DNA from: Octopus vulgaris | Taxonomy: Eukaryota | Length of the DNA: 64,000 bases | Reading direction: 5' to 3' | Assembly (NCBI GenBank): GCA_951406725.2 | Contig: OX597823.1 | Location: forward strand, 108,872,001 to 108,936,000 | Part shown: positions 1-12,822 of the stretch, one piece after another | Position numbering within the stretch: the first letter of the stretch is position 1 | Layout: each line of letters begins with the position of its first letter | Translations under genes and position numbers: made by a program | The notes under the pieces: model-generated | Seen by the model: the letters and a program-made list of their open reading frames with translations, nothing else | Databases searched by the model: none | What the model was told of the DNA's origin: nothing

Positions 1-115
1 CAGAGAGGACAAACAAGGACAGACAAACGGATTAAGTCGATTACATCGACCCCAGTGCGTAACTGATACTTAATTTATCGACCCCGAAAGGATGAAAGGG
101 AAAGTCGACCTCGGT
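1..115 (-). mobile_element. SINE family A (tRNA-derived), partial copy cut by the window edge
   Basis: Reverse complement of the core CCGAGGTCGACTTT(G/C)CCTTTCATCCTTTCGGGGTCGATAAATTAAGTA seen in the full copy at 28587 and at 12357, 55693 and 63310. Confidence 0.85.
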
Positions 116-800
116 CTTTTTTCTTATATATATATATATGAAGGAATATTATAGGTGAAGTGTCGTTAACAATTAGGTTCCATGATACATTAATTCCTGA
201 GTTTTAGACTTTGGTAGAATTTATTATTAAGGATGACTGCGTTCGTATTTCTACATATTAGCTAACCACATCTCATTAAGTAGTTTTGCTGGTTATCAAG
301 TTTGCCAACGGGAACTTCACTGTAAGATTATTTCTATCAAAAACAACGTTCCGCTTTGTTGCTAATATGGGAAATCCGTATTTATTAAGGCTGCGAAATA
401 GACTCAAAGGGCGTATAAGTGATTCTCTAGTCGACTCGTTGATTTGTCGCAGATTACACATTTTTGCCAGCCGAATGAACTGGAACAACGTAAAATGAAG
501 TGTTTTGTTCAAGAACACAGCGCATCCAGGAATCGAAACCACGATCTTATGACCATGAATCCAACACTGTAAACAGCAAGTCACGAGCATCCACGAGAAA
601 CTTATAGCAAATATAAATTTAAATTATAGAAGAAATAGCGAGTTTAACAAGGAAATTGGGTTGCACCAGCTGGGTATTAGTAACTCATTTACCTATACCG
701 AAAGGTAAAGTTTCTTTCAGCGCGATTTGGACTGAACCACAGGGGAAAAAGCTACCAGAACCTCCAGCAATTCCGTCGATTTACAGCATGTGTCTTGTAT

Positions 801-985
801 CGCCATGATAGATCCTTAGCCAGTACACACACATTTTTTTCTCTCCTTGTTTTTTTTCGGTGTCACTTTCTGTAGAAGAGCGTAGGCTCGAAACGTAAAA
901 GACCTTTTCAATTCCTGAGCGTTATACTAATACATCTGTTTGTTTTGTACACCACCTGTCTTCGTGTTTTGTCAAATTTTCCATG
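801..985 (+). mobile_element. Short dispersed repeat (Penelope pLTR-like) with a variant hammerhead motif; second copy inverted at 51955-52137
   Basis: CGCCATGATAGATC...CTGTAGAAGAGCGTAGGCTCGAAACGTAAAA...ACCACCTGTCTTCGT matches the reverse complement of 51955-52137. The Penelope assignment is inferred from the motif. Confidence 0.6.
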
Positions 986-1271
986 TAAAAATAAAATCAA
1001 CAAATTTCATAGCTACTCAGAAAGTTCCTTCAATTAATGTTTCATACATTTTAGCTATGAACTTTTTTTTACTGCATTTGTGCATAAAAATATGTATATG
1101 TATGTGTGTGTATACATGTGTTCATATGTATATATATCTAAAGTATATGTATATATATATATATACATATACATACATACAAACAAACATATCTATATGT
1201 CAGACACATATACGTCTACATATATACATACATATGCATATATGTGTGTAAATGTATAGATATGTCTGTAC

Positions 1272-1302
<31 letters not shown>

Positions 1303-1770
1303 TTATATATTATATATATATGTATATACATATACCTACATATATTATGTAAGTATATATATATATATGTATATACATATACATACATATATATATATAT
1401 ATACATATAAGTATATATATACATACACTTATATTCAATAATTAATTATATTCACTCAGTGCGATAATACCTCTTCTATTAAGTTTTAATTACTTATTTG
1501 TTTTTACCGAAAGGTGAAAAAAAAACAAAAAAACAAAAGCAACAAAAAAAACAAGACAAAACAAAACACATTACATAAAGGAAGAATGTAAGTGCACATT
1601 ACTATAAACATGGCTTCCAGGCAAACAGTTATGTGATGCGAAAAAGTCACCGTAAGCATTCCTTTCACTTTACATCACTGTACACACACACACACACACA
1701 ACGAACACACGCACACGCATACACACACAAACAAACATACATGTAAACATTCACACACATACAGATATAT

Positions 1771-1861
<91 letters not shown>

Positions 1862-2671
1862 TATGTATGTGTGTGTGTGAATCTATACACAGACACATAT
1901 ATACGTGTGTGTATATATATAAATATGTGTGATACACTTTTACAAACACACTCACACATAAACATATGTATATACAAGTATACATACACAGACACACACA
2001 GACATACACATACACACAAACATTCACACACACACACTCACACACACACACACACACACACACATGAATATATGTATTTTTCCGATATAGGTTCATGTGC
2101 ACGGCATGTATGTACTGCAGGCTAAAAAAGGAAAAAAAGTAGATGAGAAACATAGAAATTTTTCGTTTAATGTATCGGCTAATGAATTGTAAGAGACATA
2201 CTTTTTAGCAAACATCACTAATCAACCAGAAAGTCTATCATAGTCAATTTATTTAATTTATCAATAGTAATAAAGTGGAAATATAAGATTCTTGCTGTGA
2301 AATATTTAGATATATTTTTCACAGAAATATTTTTGTTTTCATGTCGGGACTTTTAAGTAAGTTATTCCATACAGTGTATCGGAGGTTAGGAAATAGCTTA
2401 GGTGACTACAAGTATATAACCATGTATGTATGTATGTATGTATGTATGTATGTATGTATGTATGCATGTATGTATGTATGTATGTATATATGTAGGTATG
2501 GATGCATGTATGTATGTATGTATTTATGTATGTATGTGTGTGTGCGTGTGTTCATTAATGTAAGTATGTACTTACATATATATACAGAAATGTATATACA
2601 TAAATATATATTTTTGTGCAAGAGAGGAACCAAATGAAAACAAACCCTCGACGCTGTCCCCCCTCTTTCTC

Positions 2672-2717
<46 letters not shown>

Positions 2718-2997
2718 GAGGGAGAGAAAGAGAGACAGATAGACAGTGGCAGAGAGACAGAAAGAGATAAAAGTATTTGTGTGTATGTATGTGTTATATC
2801 ACGGTAAGTTTCCGGAACAGTGCTCCTCTAGAAAAATGGATTTCATTTTCGAATTCTACGTTCAAGGAGGTTTTCGATTATCATTAATCAATATAACTTA
2901 CTACAAGAAATAACTCAACTTTCAGATCGTCAACTCTACCTTTCTCTAATGACTTATCCTTCTGCCCATCTTTTACGCTCTTAGCCCTCACTCTATA

Positions 2998-4063
2998 TCT
3001 ATATATACAAGACCGAGTTTATGTGCGTATGTGTGTGTGTGTGTAATTGCTTTCATTTTATTTAAAACTTCGTCGTAATGTTTTTGCTTTCATTTTGTGA
3101 TATACTGAAACTGCTAGCTTCCAAATCTTGTTCTGTGATTGGGTAAAAATTATGAAAACCTTGTAACATTTTCCGAAAGTTTTTCTGGAATAAACGAATC
3201 ATAAAATTGTATTCAGCATAAAGACATATCAATATATCAAATTTGAAAAGTTTCACTTATAAAATTTCAAAATCTGTAAGAGCAGCACAAAAGACCGGTC
3301 TCTCTCTCTCTCTGTCTTTTACGCTTTCCTCGCGGTAAAATTTATCCTCTCTTAACCTCCTTTCTCTCTCTATATATATATTACTTACGCTGTGTGCGCG
3401 TATGTTTGTACGTGTGTGTGTGTGTTTGTGTACGTGTGTGTGTTTATGTGCGTGCGTGTCAGTGTATGTGCATGCATGTGTGTAAGGAATTTCATTAGGG
3501 TGAGAGAGTTGAGAGACTTTCACAAAGGATCAGCGGTGAAGTCAGAAGACATCCAAATAGAGAAGGAATAGACCTAATGATATTAGAACACGAGCCTTCG
3601 TCACACGGTCAGAGAAGAGACCCGTGCACAGAGTGCATTGATTAGATGATAAGAGCACAAGAGCTTTCATCGATATTCCTTTCATTTTCAAACGACTTCA
3701 ATTTCTTATGAGACTTAGTTTTGCCATGGCCATCAACAAATCGCAAAAGCAAACATTTTCAGGTGACGGTTTACACCTTGAAGAGCCCTGCATCATCCTT
3801 AGTCAGCTTTACGTTGGATGTTCGAGAGTAGGAAGTTGCAAAAATCGTTACATCTAGACAACAAATGGAAAAACAGCGTTCCCCCCACAAAAAAAAAAAA
3901 ATTGCTTTGCTTATCGAGACATTATAAATTGCTCCCAATAATGTCGAAATCCGTCCTGATGAAGAAGCTTCGCAGTCAGGGAAGACGTGGTCTAACATAA
4001 ATATATTGAAATAAAGATACTCTATTGTGAAAATTACCTGGCGACGTCGAGATATTTGGCTAG
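2998..4063 (+). mobile_element. Internally deleted Helitron retaining C-terminal PIF1-like helicase motifs
   Basis: 5' A|TCTATATATAC followed by a GT microsatellite; 3' GC-rich segment then GGCTAG|T. About 3670-3835 reads IPFIFKRLQFLMRLSFAMAINKSQKQTF then (frameshift) GLHLEEPCIILSQLYVGCSRVG, matching RepHel motifs RxQFPxRLAFAMTINKSQGQT and FSHGQLYVAxSRV. Confidence 0.8.
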
Positions 4064-4081
4064 TGTGCGTGTATACATACA

Positions 4082-4313
<232 letters not shown>

Positions 4314-4502
4314 TTTCTACACACACATATATATATATGTATGCTTGTGTATGTATACATGTATATATACTTACATATATGTATATATATATATATATGT
4401 ATATAATATATATATGATTAATATAATACATATAATATGTATGTATATGTATAATAAATGTGTGAGTGTGTATATATATTTATATATATATTATATACAT
4501 CA

Positions 4503-5176
4503 ACAGAGTGTCCAATACAATGTATAAATACGTTAACAGTTGATAACTCCCTTAATGTTTCATATTTCTTTCTAAATTTAACCATTAGAAATAATGAAGG
4601 CTGCCAATCTAAGCATTAAACAAAGAAAATTTATTCTAAAATGCTAATAGAATTTCGAAAACGTTCTCGAAGTGCAAAGACAGTTTAGGAAGGAGTTTCA
4701 AACAGATCACGCTACGCGAACATCATTGGAATTAGAGATAAGTTTGAAGCAAATGAAACTGTTCAGGGGTTTAGAGTTTTGATCGAAAACATTCCGGAAG
4801 ACTGCAGGTATGGACTTTGTGTACCAGACGAAAAGGGTCATTAGAATATCCTCCGCGTTTACCGGACATCACGCCAAAACAATTGTTAAAGGAGACAAAA
4901 GTCAATATTAAGTTTCAAAACCGACAATTGAAGGCAACATTTGAAGGAAAATGCGCACAAATACCGAACGAAATGTTGTTTTTATATTTGCAATCCCAGT
5001 GATTTGCGTTATCATTTGAGCTTAGACGAGAACGACCATTAATTTGAAAACTGGCGCTCGTAAATAAGTTGAACATTGTCTCTAGATTTTACTAAATTTT
5101 GAAAATGAAATATATTTAAATAGGCACTAACTTTATAATCGTTCAATGTGTGTATACATTTTGTTAGGACACTGTG
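4503..5176 (+). mobile_element. Decayed, internally deleted Tc1/mariner-superfamily element (DUF4817-type N-terminal HTH)
   Basis: Imperfect TIRs ACAGAGTGTCCAATACAA and TTGTTAGGACACTGTG. Residual peptides QRKFILKC**NFENVLEVQRQFRKEFQT..IRDKFEANETV and RRKGSLEYPPRLPDITP (compare WPPRSPDLTP). Confidence 0.65.
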
Positions 5177-5729
5177 CGTATATATTTATATATACACACA
5201 CACATATATGTATATGTGTGTTTGTGCGCATATGTAATAATTTCAACATTCTTTTGCATAGAATAGTCTCTATTAAAAGCAGAATCTCAGCGATTCGCTA
5301 CACTATGTTTCTCGTTGCCGACCCTCAGATGACACACATGCAAACCATAAATACACACGCATGCGCACATGTCATATCAAACACAATCGCGTATGAGCGC
5401 ACAGTTTATGTAAGAACAAAAGATGAGTTACGAAAAATTATTCTGAGTGGACAGTAGCATGAATTTGGACAAAAAAGGTGAATTCCAGTATACCAAATGC
5501 CAAAAGAGATTAATTTTGAATTTATTGAAATTGGTTTAGCTAGTAGAGAACTCAAACGAGCGCTTCGTGGAAATGCAGCCGTCTTTAAATGTGAATGAAA
5601 AACAGTCTCAAGAATTAACAATTCTCTAGTATTATACACATACCCGCATGTATGCTTGTATGTATGTATTTATATATGTATGTATCTATGTACTTATGCA
5701 GGCGCACGCACCAACTCACTCACGCGTAT

Positions 5730-5793
<64 letters not shown>

Positions 5794-5935
5794 GTGTGTG
5801 TGTGTGCGTGAGGATATATATTCTTATATTAATAGAATAACTAATACTGAATTCAAGATTTCAACTTTTCATAAGCAGCGATCTGATTCTTTTGTGAAAT
5901 ACATAATTACATAAACATACACATTCACATATACT

Positions 5936-6012
5936 GGTGGTGGTGATGGTGGTGGTGGTGGCGGTGGTGGGCTTTTGGTAGTGGCGGCAGCAGCAGCAGT
6001 AGCAGCAGCAGC

Positions 6013-6052
<40 letters not shown>

Positions 6053-6229
6053 ATGAAGATGATGATGATAACAGCAACCGCAATAATAATAATAATAATA
6101 ATAATAATAGTAATAATATTATTAATAATAATAATAATAATAATAGTAGTAGTAGTAATGATAATAATAATAATAATAGTAGTAGTAGTAGTAGTAATAA
6201 TAATAATAATAATAATAATAGTAGTAGTA

Positions 6230-6316
<87 letters not shown>

Positions 6317-6596
6317 TTAAAGATAACGGCAGAAATGAAAAAAATGATATAATTATTTAATATAAACGATGTAGCGATAAAACTGAAAAAAGGATATGAA
6401 AAGCATACACTCCACATCTGAAATGAAATATAAAGATACATAAAAACTATAAAAATATGGTGAAGGAATTTCAATATTGTAAAAATACGAATAACGAATA
6501 ACGTTAATGTTGAAGATTATGATGATAATAATAATAATGATGATTTTAACTATGGTGATGAGGATGGTGGTGGTGGTGGTGGCGGTGGTGATGCGG

Positions 6597-6677
<81 letters not shown>

Positions 6678-6790
6678 GTAATAATAATAATAGTAATAAT
6701 AATAATGATGATAATAATAATAATACGAAGAAGAAGAAGAAGAAGAAGAAGAAGAAGAAGAAGAAGAAGAAGAAGAAGAAGAAGAAGAAT
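5936..6790. repeat. Trinucleotide microsatellite complex (GGT/GCA/GTA/AAT/GAA)n
   Basis: Directly visible; source of the poly-I/T/V/R pseudo-ORFs. Confidence 0.95.
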
Positions 6791-7633
6791 CCATAATATT
6801 GCTAATATTATTATGACTACGAAATAAAAATAATAATTACTAACGCTGATGAAAAGCAGCTCTAATAATAATGACAATATTTGAAAAACAACAACAGCAA
6901 TAACAATAAAATAAACAATAAATATCATAAAAAACAACAACAACAATAGCTATTATTATTGTTATTTAAAGAGGAATGTGAAAGTGAAAGTAGAAAGAAA
7001 TTTTCAGCGAAATCTCACTGCAAATTATGAAGAAATTGGAAATATATTTAGTGCAAATAAATCAGTGATAAGTTTTCGAGCCGAAGATTTCCCTGGGGTA
7101 TAGGAATTGCAATGTCTAACTGCTTATGTTGATGTACATTAACTACTGATTAGGGGCTTCTAGAAATATGATTTTATTAAAGAAATAATTCTTTTTTAGA
7201 AATTCTGCCATAACATTGTAATGCGAAACGAATGGTACAATGTTGAAGTGAGGTGGCGGGGAATGGTGGGAGGAAAAACACGAAGAGAAGAACACGAGAA
7301 AGGAAAGAAGGAAAACATGGAACTGCCGAAGAATATATATATTTAATAGGTGATTAAATAAATGAAACTTAACCAAGCCACACACACACACATGCATGGG
7401 CATAAACGCGTATGCACATACATACATATACACACGATGGATGCAGAAATTCGTACGAAAGATACGTTTACGTTTATAGAAATAATATGGATATACACAC
7501 ACATATATACACTTCTCTGTTACTATTGCGTATATGCATTTATACATTTATAATTGTCTGATAAATATAGGCTTAATTATAGATGTCTCACTCTATCTCT
7601 CTCTCTCTCTCGATATATATATATATAATAAAA

Positions 7634-7670
<37 letters not shown>

Positions 7671-7705
7671 TATATAAATACATACATATATATTTATATA
7701 CATAC

Positions 7706-7744
<39 letters not shown>

Positions 7745-8415
7745 CACATATATATATAATAAAAACGTATATATATATGCGTGTGTGTGTGAGTGGATGT
7801 GTGTGTGTGCATATGTGTGCGTTTTATACTTTACATATGCAAATATATAAATATATAACTACATAAATACATACACGCACTCATGCAAAATAATACTAAC
7901 TTGTGATACAAAGTGTTGGACTAAAAATTAAAATACTACAGCAAGTATTGGAAAAAACAGAGTAATTTCAGAAATATTGTCTTCTTGCAGTTTCTGTCTT
8001 TTGAACATATCAAAAAGAGTATTTAAGCAAAATTTGCAGACTACTGTAGATACGAAAAGCATTTAGGCTTTGGAGGATACGAAGAAAGGAAGTTTCCTCC
8101 CACTTTCTACAATGATTCCTTGTGTTGGAATGTCAAGGGGATGTTACTTTCTCCAGTGCTGTTTGGTTTATAGTTCATATCTATAGGTATAAATTGTCTT
8201 TGAACCCATTTATGCAAACCGGAAACAGGTTTTTGCATTAAATATATTTGAAGCCATACTCAAGTCACAAATAATAAAACGGCATAAGTACAACAAGGTG
8301 ACTGGGCTAAATTTGACTGTTTGCATAAAAGAAAAAGAAAACACATCTCATTCAAAAATAAAAGTATTTAAAAAAATTTTAAATCTCAACTAGATTATGG
8401 GTGGGAAATAACATT

Positions 8416-9200
8416 TTACTCGAAATAGCATCCCACAGCTTCCACCACAGTCTCAAGACGGCTCCAGGACCTGGCGCATGCGTTCTTCTCTTTGTCTTTG
8501 GGAAGATCTTCGAACACCTTGTTGATATTGGCCCCCAGCTCGACCTTGGTGTTACAGGCAGCGCTGAGCGTGTCATTCTGAACCGCGTGTCATACATAGT
8601 AAAGTATGGGATTGCAATGTGAGGAATCAAAAGGCCAGAAATTGAAGTAGAAATTCTCGGTCAATCGTGTCTGACTCTTTCCGGGGATATGGCAAGGATT
8701 CCAATCCTGCTGCCATACATATGGCCACCCAAAAGCAATCCTCTCCAGCTAGGTTTTACCACAGTCTTTAGCAGCTTCACGTAGCCATGCCAACTGAGCC
8801 TAAGAGGCTCTGTTTAAAGATGTGGGGCGGCATGATGTTGCTCTCACTGGATACACATGCAAAGATCATCACAATTTAGGGGAATTTGGTTTTCATGATA
8901 CGTGAGACATGCCATGGATTGTAGATAAGCCACCAGTTGTCCTGGGTGTTGTAAATCTGGTCCTGGCAGAAGTTCTTTTCATCTACGAAGAACCAGATCA
9001 GCTCCGGCTGAACAGAATGCGTCAGTTTCTACAGAATCTTCTTTGCATTCGTCAAGCGCTTCTCTTTGGCTTTGGTTGTCAGAATTTCTCCCTTGTGCCT
9101 CTTTTACGAGTTGTAGCGAAGCTCCTCATTCAGAGCTAGCTTCGTGGTGGTGACTCCAACACCCATTTCTCTCTAACAAACCCCCAGATTCCCTTGCTCA
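8416..9200 (-). pseudogene. Decayed Tc1/mariner-superfamily transposase, most like the maT (DD37D) group
   Basis: Minus-strand translation with stops and frameshifts: LVREMGVGVTT..KRLTNAKKIL..IWFFVDEKNFCQDQIYNTQD..MKTKFP*IVMIFACVSS..MPPHIF..YVKLLKTVVKP..YVWQQDWNPCH..FWPFDSSHCNPILYYV..NACARSWSRLETVVEAVGCYFE*. The third catalytic Asp is mutated, so the DD spacing cannot be confirmed. Confidence 0.8.
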
Positions 9201-10114
9201 GAACACCTTGTATAATTTTCCGTGAAAATCAATTTTATACAATTTTCTTGCTTTGTAAAATATTTGTGCTGGTAAAAATGTTAATCTAATCAATATACTA
9301 TAGAATATTGATAAATATTCATCGAAACACTCGCAGACCTCAGCCCCTTTAAGGAACCATCGGGGTACCGTCATCATATACAGAGTATCTAGGACAATTT
9401 TAGACTTGGTAGGACCCGTTCCTCTTCGTGTCTAACTTTAATTGATTTCTTCCCAAGAGACAGGAAAGATGAGAGAGGAGGAAAGAAGGATGAGGAGGAG
9501 GAGGAAGAAGAGGAGAATAAAAACCAAATACATGACTGGTACTTTAATTATCGACCTCCAGACGGTGATAGAGAATTTGACCTCAGTGCAATTTCAAGCC
9601 AGAACACAGAGAGCTGGAACGATTACTGTAAACAATCTACCCGACGCTGTAATGACTCGGTCAATTATCCGCCTTCACGCACACACACACACACACACAC
9701 ACACAAACATACATACATATGTGCATACATATTATACACACTCACATATGCATACAGATGTAAAATGAAAATATATGCACAGACACGCACCCATACACAT
9801 AAACACCAATATACTCACCTATAAAAACATGTAAAAGAAATCAATAGATAAATTACTAGAAAAATACTTACACTAACCCAAAGACATTTATAATTTATAA
9901 TGAATAGTTACACGTACATCTTACTGATCAATGTTTAAATGGAAATCGATAGAAAATATGTGTAAAAGATTGACGTATGGTTTTGATTATGTCACATGAT
10001 GCATTATAGAATAATATAGAAATCGTAGTCTTTCATCTATTAATTCTTAGGAAATGGAAACAAAATATATACCTATTATATTTTATTTGAAAATACTGTT
10101 ATTATTTCCTCTGA

Positions 10115-10300
10115 AGGAATAAGGTCTGAAATTTTTTGGGGCGGGGGCCAGTCGATTGCGTTGACCTCGGTGCTCAACTGATGCTTATTTTATCGGTCTC
10201 AAAAAAATAAGCCGCAAAATCGACCTCGTGGGTATTTGAACTCAAAACGAAAAGACAATTGAAATACTGAGAGGCATTTTAACCAGCACGCTGATAATTC
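10115..10300 (-). mobile_element. SINE family A, diverged copy with the alternative tail
   Basis: GTCGATTGCGTTGACCTCGGTGCTCAACTG...CGACCTCGTGGGTATTTGAACTC matches the family A core; tail AAGGTCTGAAATTTT resembles the copy at 63310. Confidence 0.7.
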
Positions 10301-10333
10301 AATGAAATAATAATAATAACAGCAATAGCAAAT

Positions 10334-11006
10334 AGGTCACTAATTATAGTCGCTCAGGAACAAGCCATAGAAATGAATACGATAAAAGTAATGATTGATG
10401 AAACTCAGAGTGAAAACGTATTATCTGTGTAAAAAGGAGCGAAATTTTAAACTAATTTTCGTGAATGCTGTAAATTAGCACAAAAAATATAAAAAAGTGT
10501 CGTTAAATGAATGCAATAGGATGTTAATCTAGTGCATAAATTTAGAGTGTTAGAAAAGTGGTATGAATACGAGCCAAAAGCTGCGACGTTTAAAGGCAAT
10601 TAGATTTTATAGAATTTCTTCATAAAGACTGGTCATAGTATTGAAGCAAGGAGACCAGATATGATAAACAGGAGACAAAAACAAGTAAAGATAATAGACT
10701 TTGTAGTACCATATGGTAGTAGGATTGATACCCGGTAAATTGAGAGAAATAGCAAGACTTAACAAGAGATAAAGGGATTGTGGTAAGCAAGACTGACAAT
10801 TGTTGCTGTTAATTGGTACACTTGGCACAATATTCTAACTGCTGTCGAAGAGATCGATCGATCGATATTGGAACTGGGATACGAATTTCATACTGCAGAA
10901 AAGTGTCAGCTTGCATTCTTGAGATTGAGAAGACTTGTTATCACGAAACCTCAGGATAACATCCTTGTTTACTAGGATACCATGTAATAGCTTTAGGATA
11001 ATAATA
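10334..11006 (+). mobile_element. 5'-truncated, decayed R4/Dong-clade non-LTR retrotransposon (zinc knuckle and REL endonuclease region)
   Basis: Residual peptides SLIIVAQEQAIEMNTIKVMIDETQ, ECCKLAQK, EKWYEYEPK, IEARRPDMI, KIIDFVVPYGSRI, EIKGLW, IGTLGTI and LQKSV occur in the expected order. Short (TAA)n runs at both ends. Confidence 0.75.
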
Positions 11007-11211
11007 AATTTCAATTTAGGCACAAGGTCAAAGGGTATAATGAAAAAGGAATAGCTGAATGCATTTAGCCCAGTTCTTGACTTGTATCTTATCTATATAT
11101 CTAAAAGTGACATTCTGTGCGTGTTTGTGTTTTTTCGTTTATTTGCCCAACCCAAATGAAAGTAAATGGTTCAAGGGAAACTATTATGCGTTTTCTCATC
11201 TTATCTTATAT

Positions 11212-11261
<50 letters not shown>

Positions 11262-11784
11262 GTTCTGACCGTTTGTGTGTTTGTCCTCAAGAACGGCTGG
11301 ATCTAGAGTAGTTTCACCGACAATCTAGCAATAACATAGCCCTCCCCACCAAAAAAATTATGGGTCTGTGCCCTCTGTGCTGGGAATGAGGCACCCCTTA
11401 GATTTTTGTTAAAGCATACCGCTAGGAGAATGTCCCTCTGATATAAAGATATATATGCAGGGATTGACACTGAACATTTTTGCGACTTTTTGCTTACGTT
11501 TCAGAACATGGTGTTCTCATATTCCTGAGCCTGGGACACATATTGGTACTGGATATCTTGCCCCACCTTGTCTCTAGGCTCTGTCAATATTGCGGAGAGG
11601 GCCTGTGAGGTGCTGTGTAAGCCTTATTGGACCTAAAAGTTTAGGATGTGCAGTCACTGTGGAGGCAACTACCTGATATCCGATCCAGTAGGAGGCCGCC
11701 GCGTTAAGCATAGATGCAGTGGATATCTTCTATGGTCACGAGTAGACAATCATCATCATCATCATCATCATTATCAACTGTACA

Positions 11785-12190
11785 CACAGATGTAGCTGTG
11801 TGATAAGTAGCTTGCTTACCAACCATATGGTTCCGGGTTCTGTCCCACTGCGTGGCACCTTAAGCAATTGCCTTCTACTATAGCCTCTGGCCGACCAAAG
11901 CCTTGTGAGTGGATTTGGTAGACGGAAACTGAAAGAAATCCGTCGTATATATATGTGTGTGTGTATCTGTGTGTGCGTGCGTGTGTGTTTTTATGTGTCT
12001 GTGTTTGTCCCCCCACCATCGCTTGACAACCAATGTTGGCGTGTTTACGTCTCCGTAACTTAGCAGCTCAGCAAAACAAACCGATAGTATAAGTACTAGG
12101 CTTACAAACAATAAGTTCTGGGGTCGATTCGTTCGACTAAACGAGGTGCTCCAGCATGGCCACAGTCAAATGGCTAAAACAAGTAAAAGT
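11785..12190 (+). mobile_element. SINE family B (tRNA-derived, internal TA/GT microsatellite)
   Basis: A-box-like GCTGTGTG, B-box-like GGTTCTGTCCC, body GCCTTGTGAGTGGATTTGGTAGACGGAAACTGAAAG, tail GTGCTCCAGCATGGCCACAGTCAAATGG. The same sequence recurs about 10 times in the window. Confidence 0.85.
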
Positions 12191-12356
12191 ATACATATTA
12201 TGTTTGGGCTTTGTTTGGCTCGTGAGTGGACGGGAGACACGCTGGTGCACTGCCATGAAGATTGTAATTTAAGAGATGGAACCCGGTACCTATTTTCTTC
12301 AGGGTATATGTCTCTTGCCTCTTGTGAGGTTAGGGGATCTAACACAAACTTATATC

Positions 12357-12651
12357 TATTTCTTTACCACCTACAAGGGGCTAAACACAGAGGGGACAAA
12401 CAAGGACAGACATAGGTATTAAGTCGATTACATCGACCCCAGTTCGTAATTGGTACTTAATTTATCGACCCCGAAAGGATGAAAGGCAAAGTCGACCTCG
12501 GTGGAATTTGAACTCACAACGTAACGCAGACGAAATACCGCCAAGCATTTCGCCCGGCGTGCTAATGTTTCTGCCAGCTCGCCGCCTTGTCAGCTCGCCG
12601 CCTTGCCAGCTCGCCGCCTTGCCAGCTCGCCGCCTTGCCAGCTCGCCGCCT
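12357..12651 (-). mobile_element. SINE family A, full copy with Tx1-like tail and five tandem copies of its 5' 16 bp
   Basis: Colinear with 28587-28817 in reverse; (TGCCAGCTCGCCGCCT)x5 at 12572-12651. Confidence 0.9.
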
Positions 12652-12659
12652 AACTAATA

Positions 12660-12822
12660 CCGGTTATGAAGTGGCGTTGGTGACAAGCACAGGCATAAAA
12701 GCACACAAACATATAAGTATATATACGACGGCTTCCTACACAGTTTTCGTCTTCCAAATTCACTCACAAGGAATTGGTTAGTTCAGGGCTATAGTATAAG
12801 ATATTGACCAAAGGTGTCACAC
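12660..12822 (-). mobile_element. SINE family B, diverged fragment
   Basis: ATACGACGGCTTC...CCAAATTCACTCACAAGG...CCAAAGGTGTCACACAG. Confidence 0.65.

Noticed and set aside
9813-9840. Minus-strand TTTCTTTTACATGTTTTTATAG|GTGAGT, like a recursive splice site
   Set aside because: Weaker pyrimidine tract, TAG acceptor and opposite strand to the 41013 motif; kept only as a caution about chance matches.
11280-11775. GC-richer segment ending in (CAT)n, possibly a LINE 3' end
   Set aside because: I could not recognise protein motifs or a second copy.
12572-12651. Regular 16-bp repeats as a possible CRISPR array
   Set aside because: No spacers, eukaryotic context, and the unit is the SINE 5' end.
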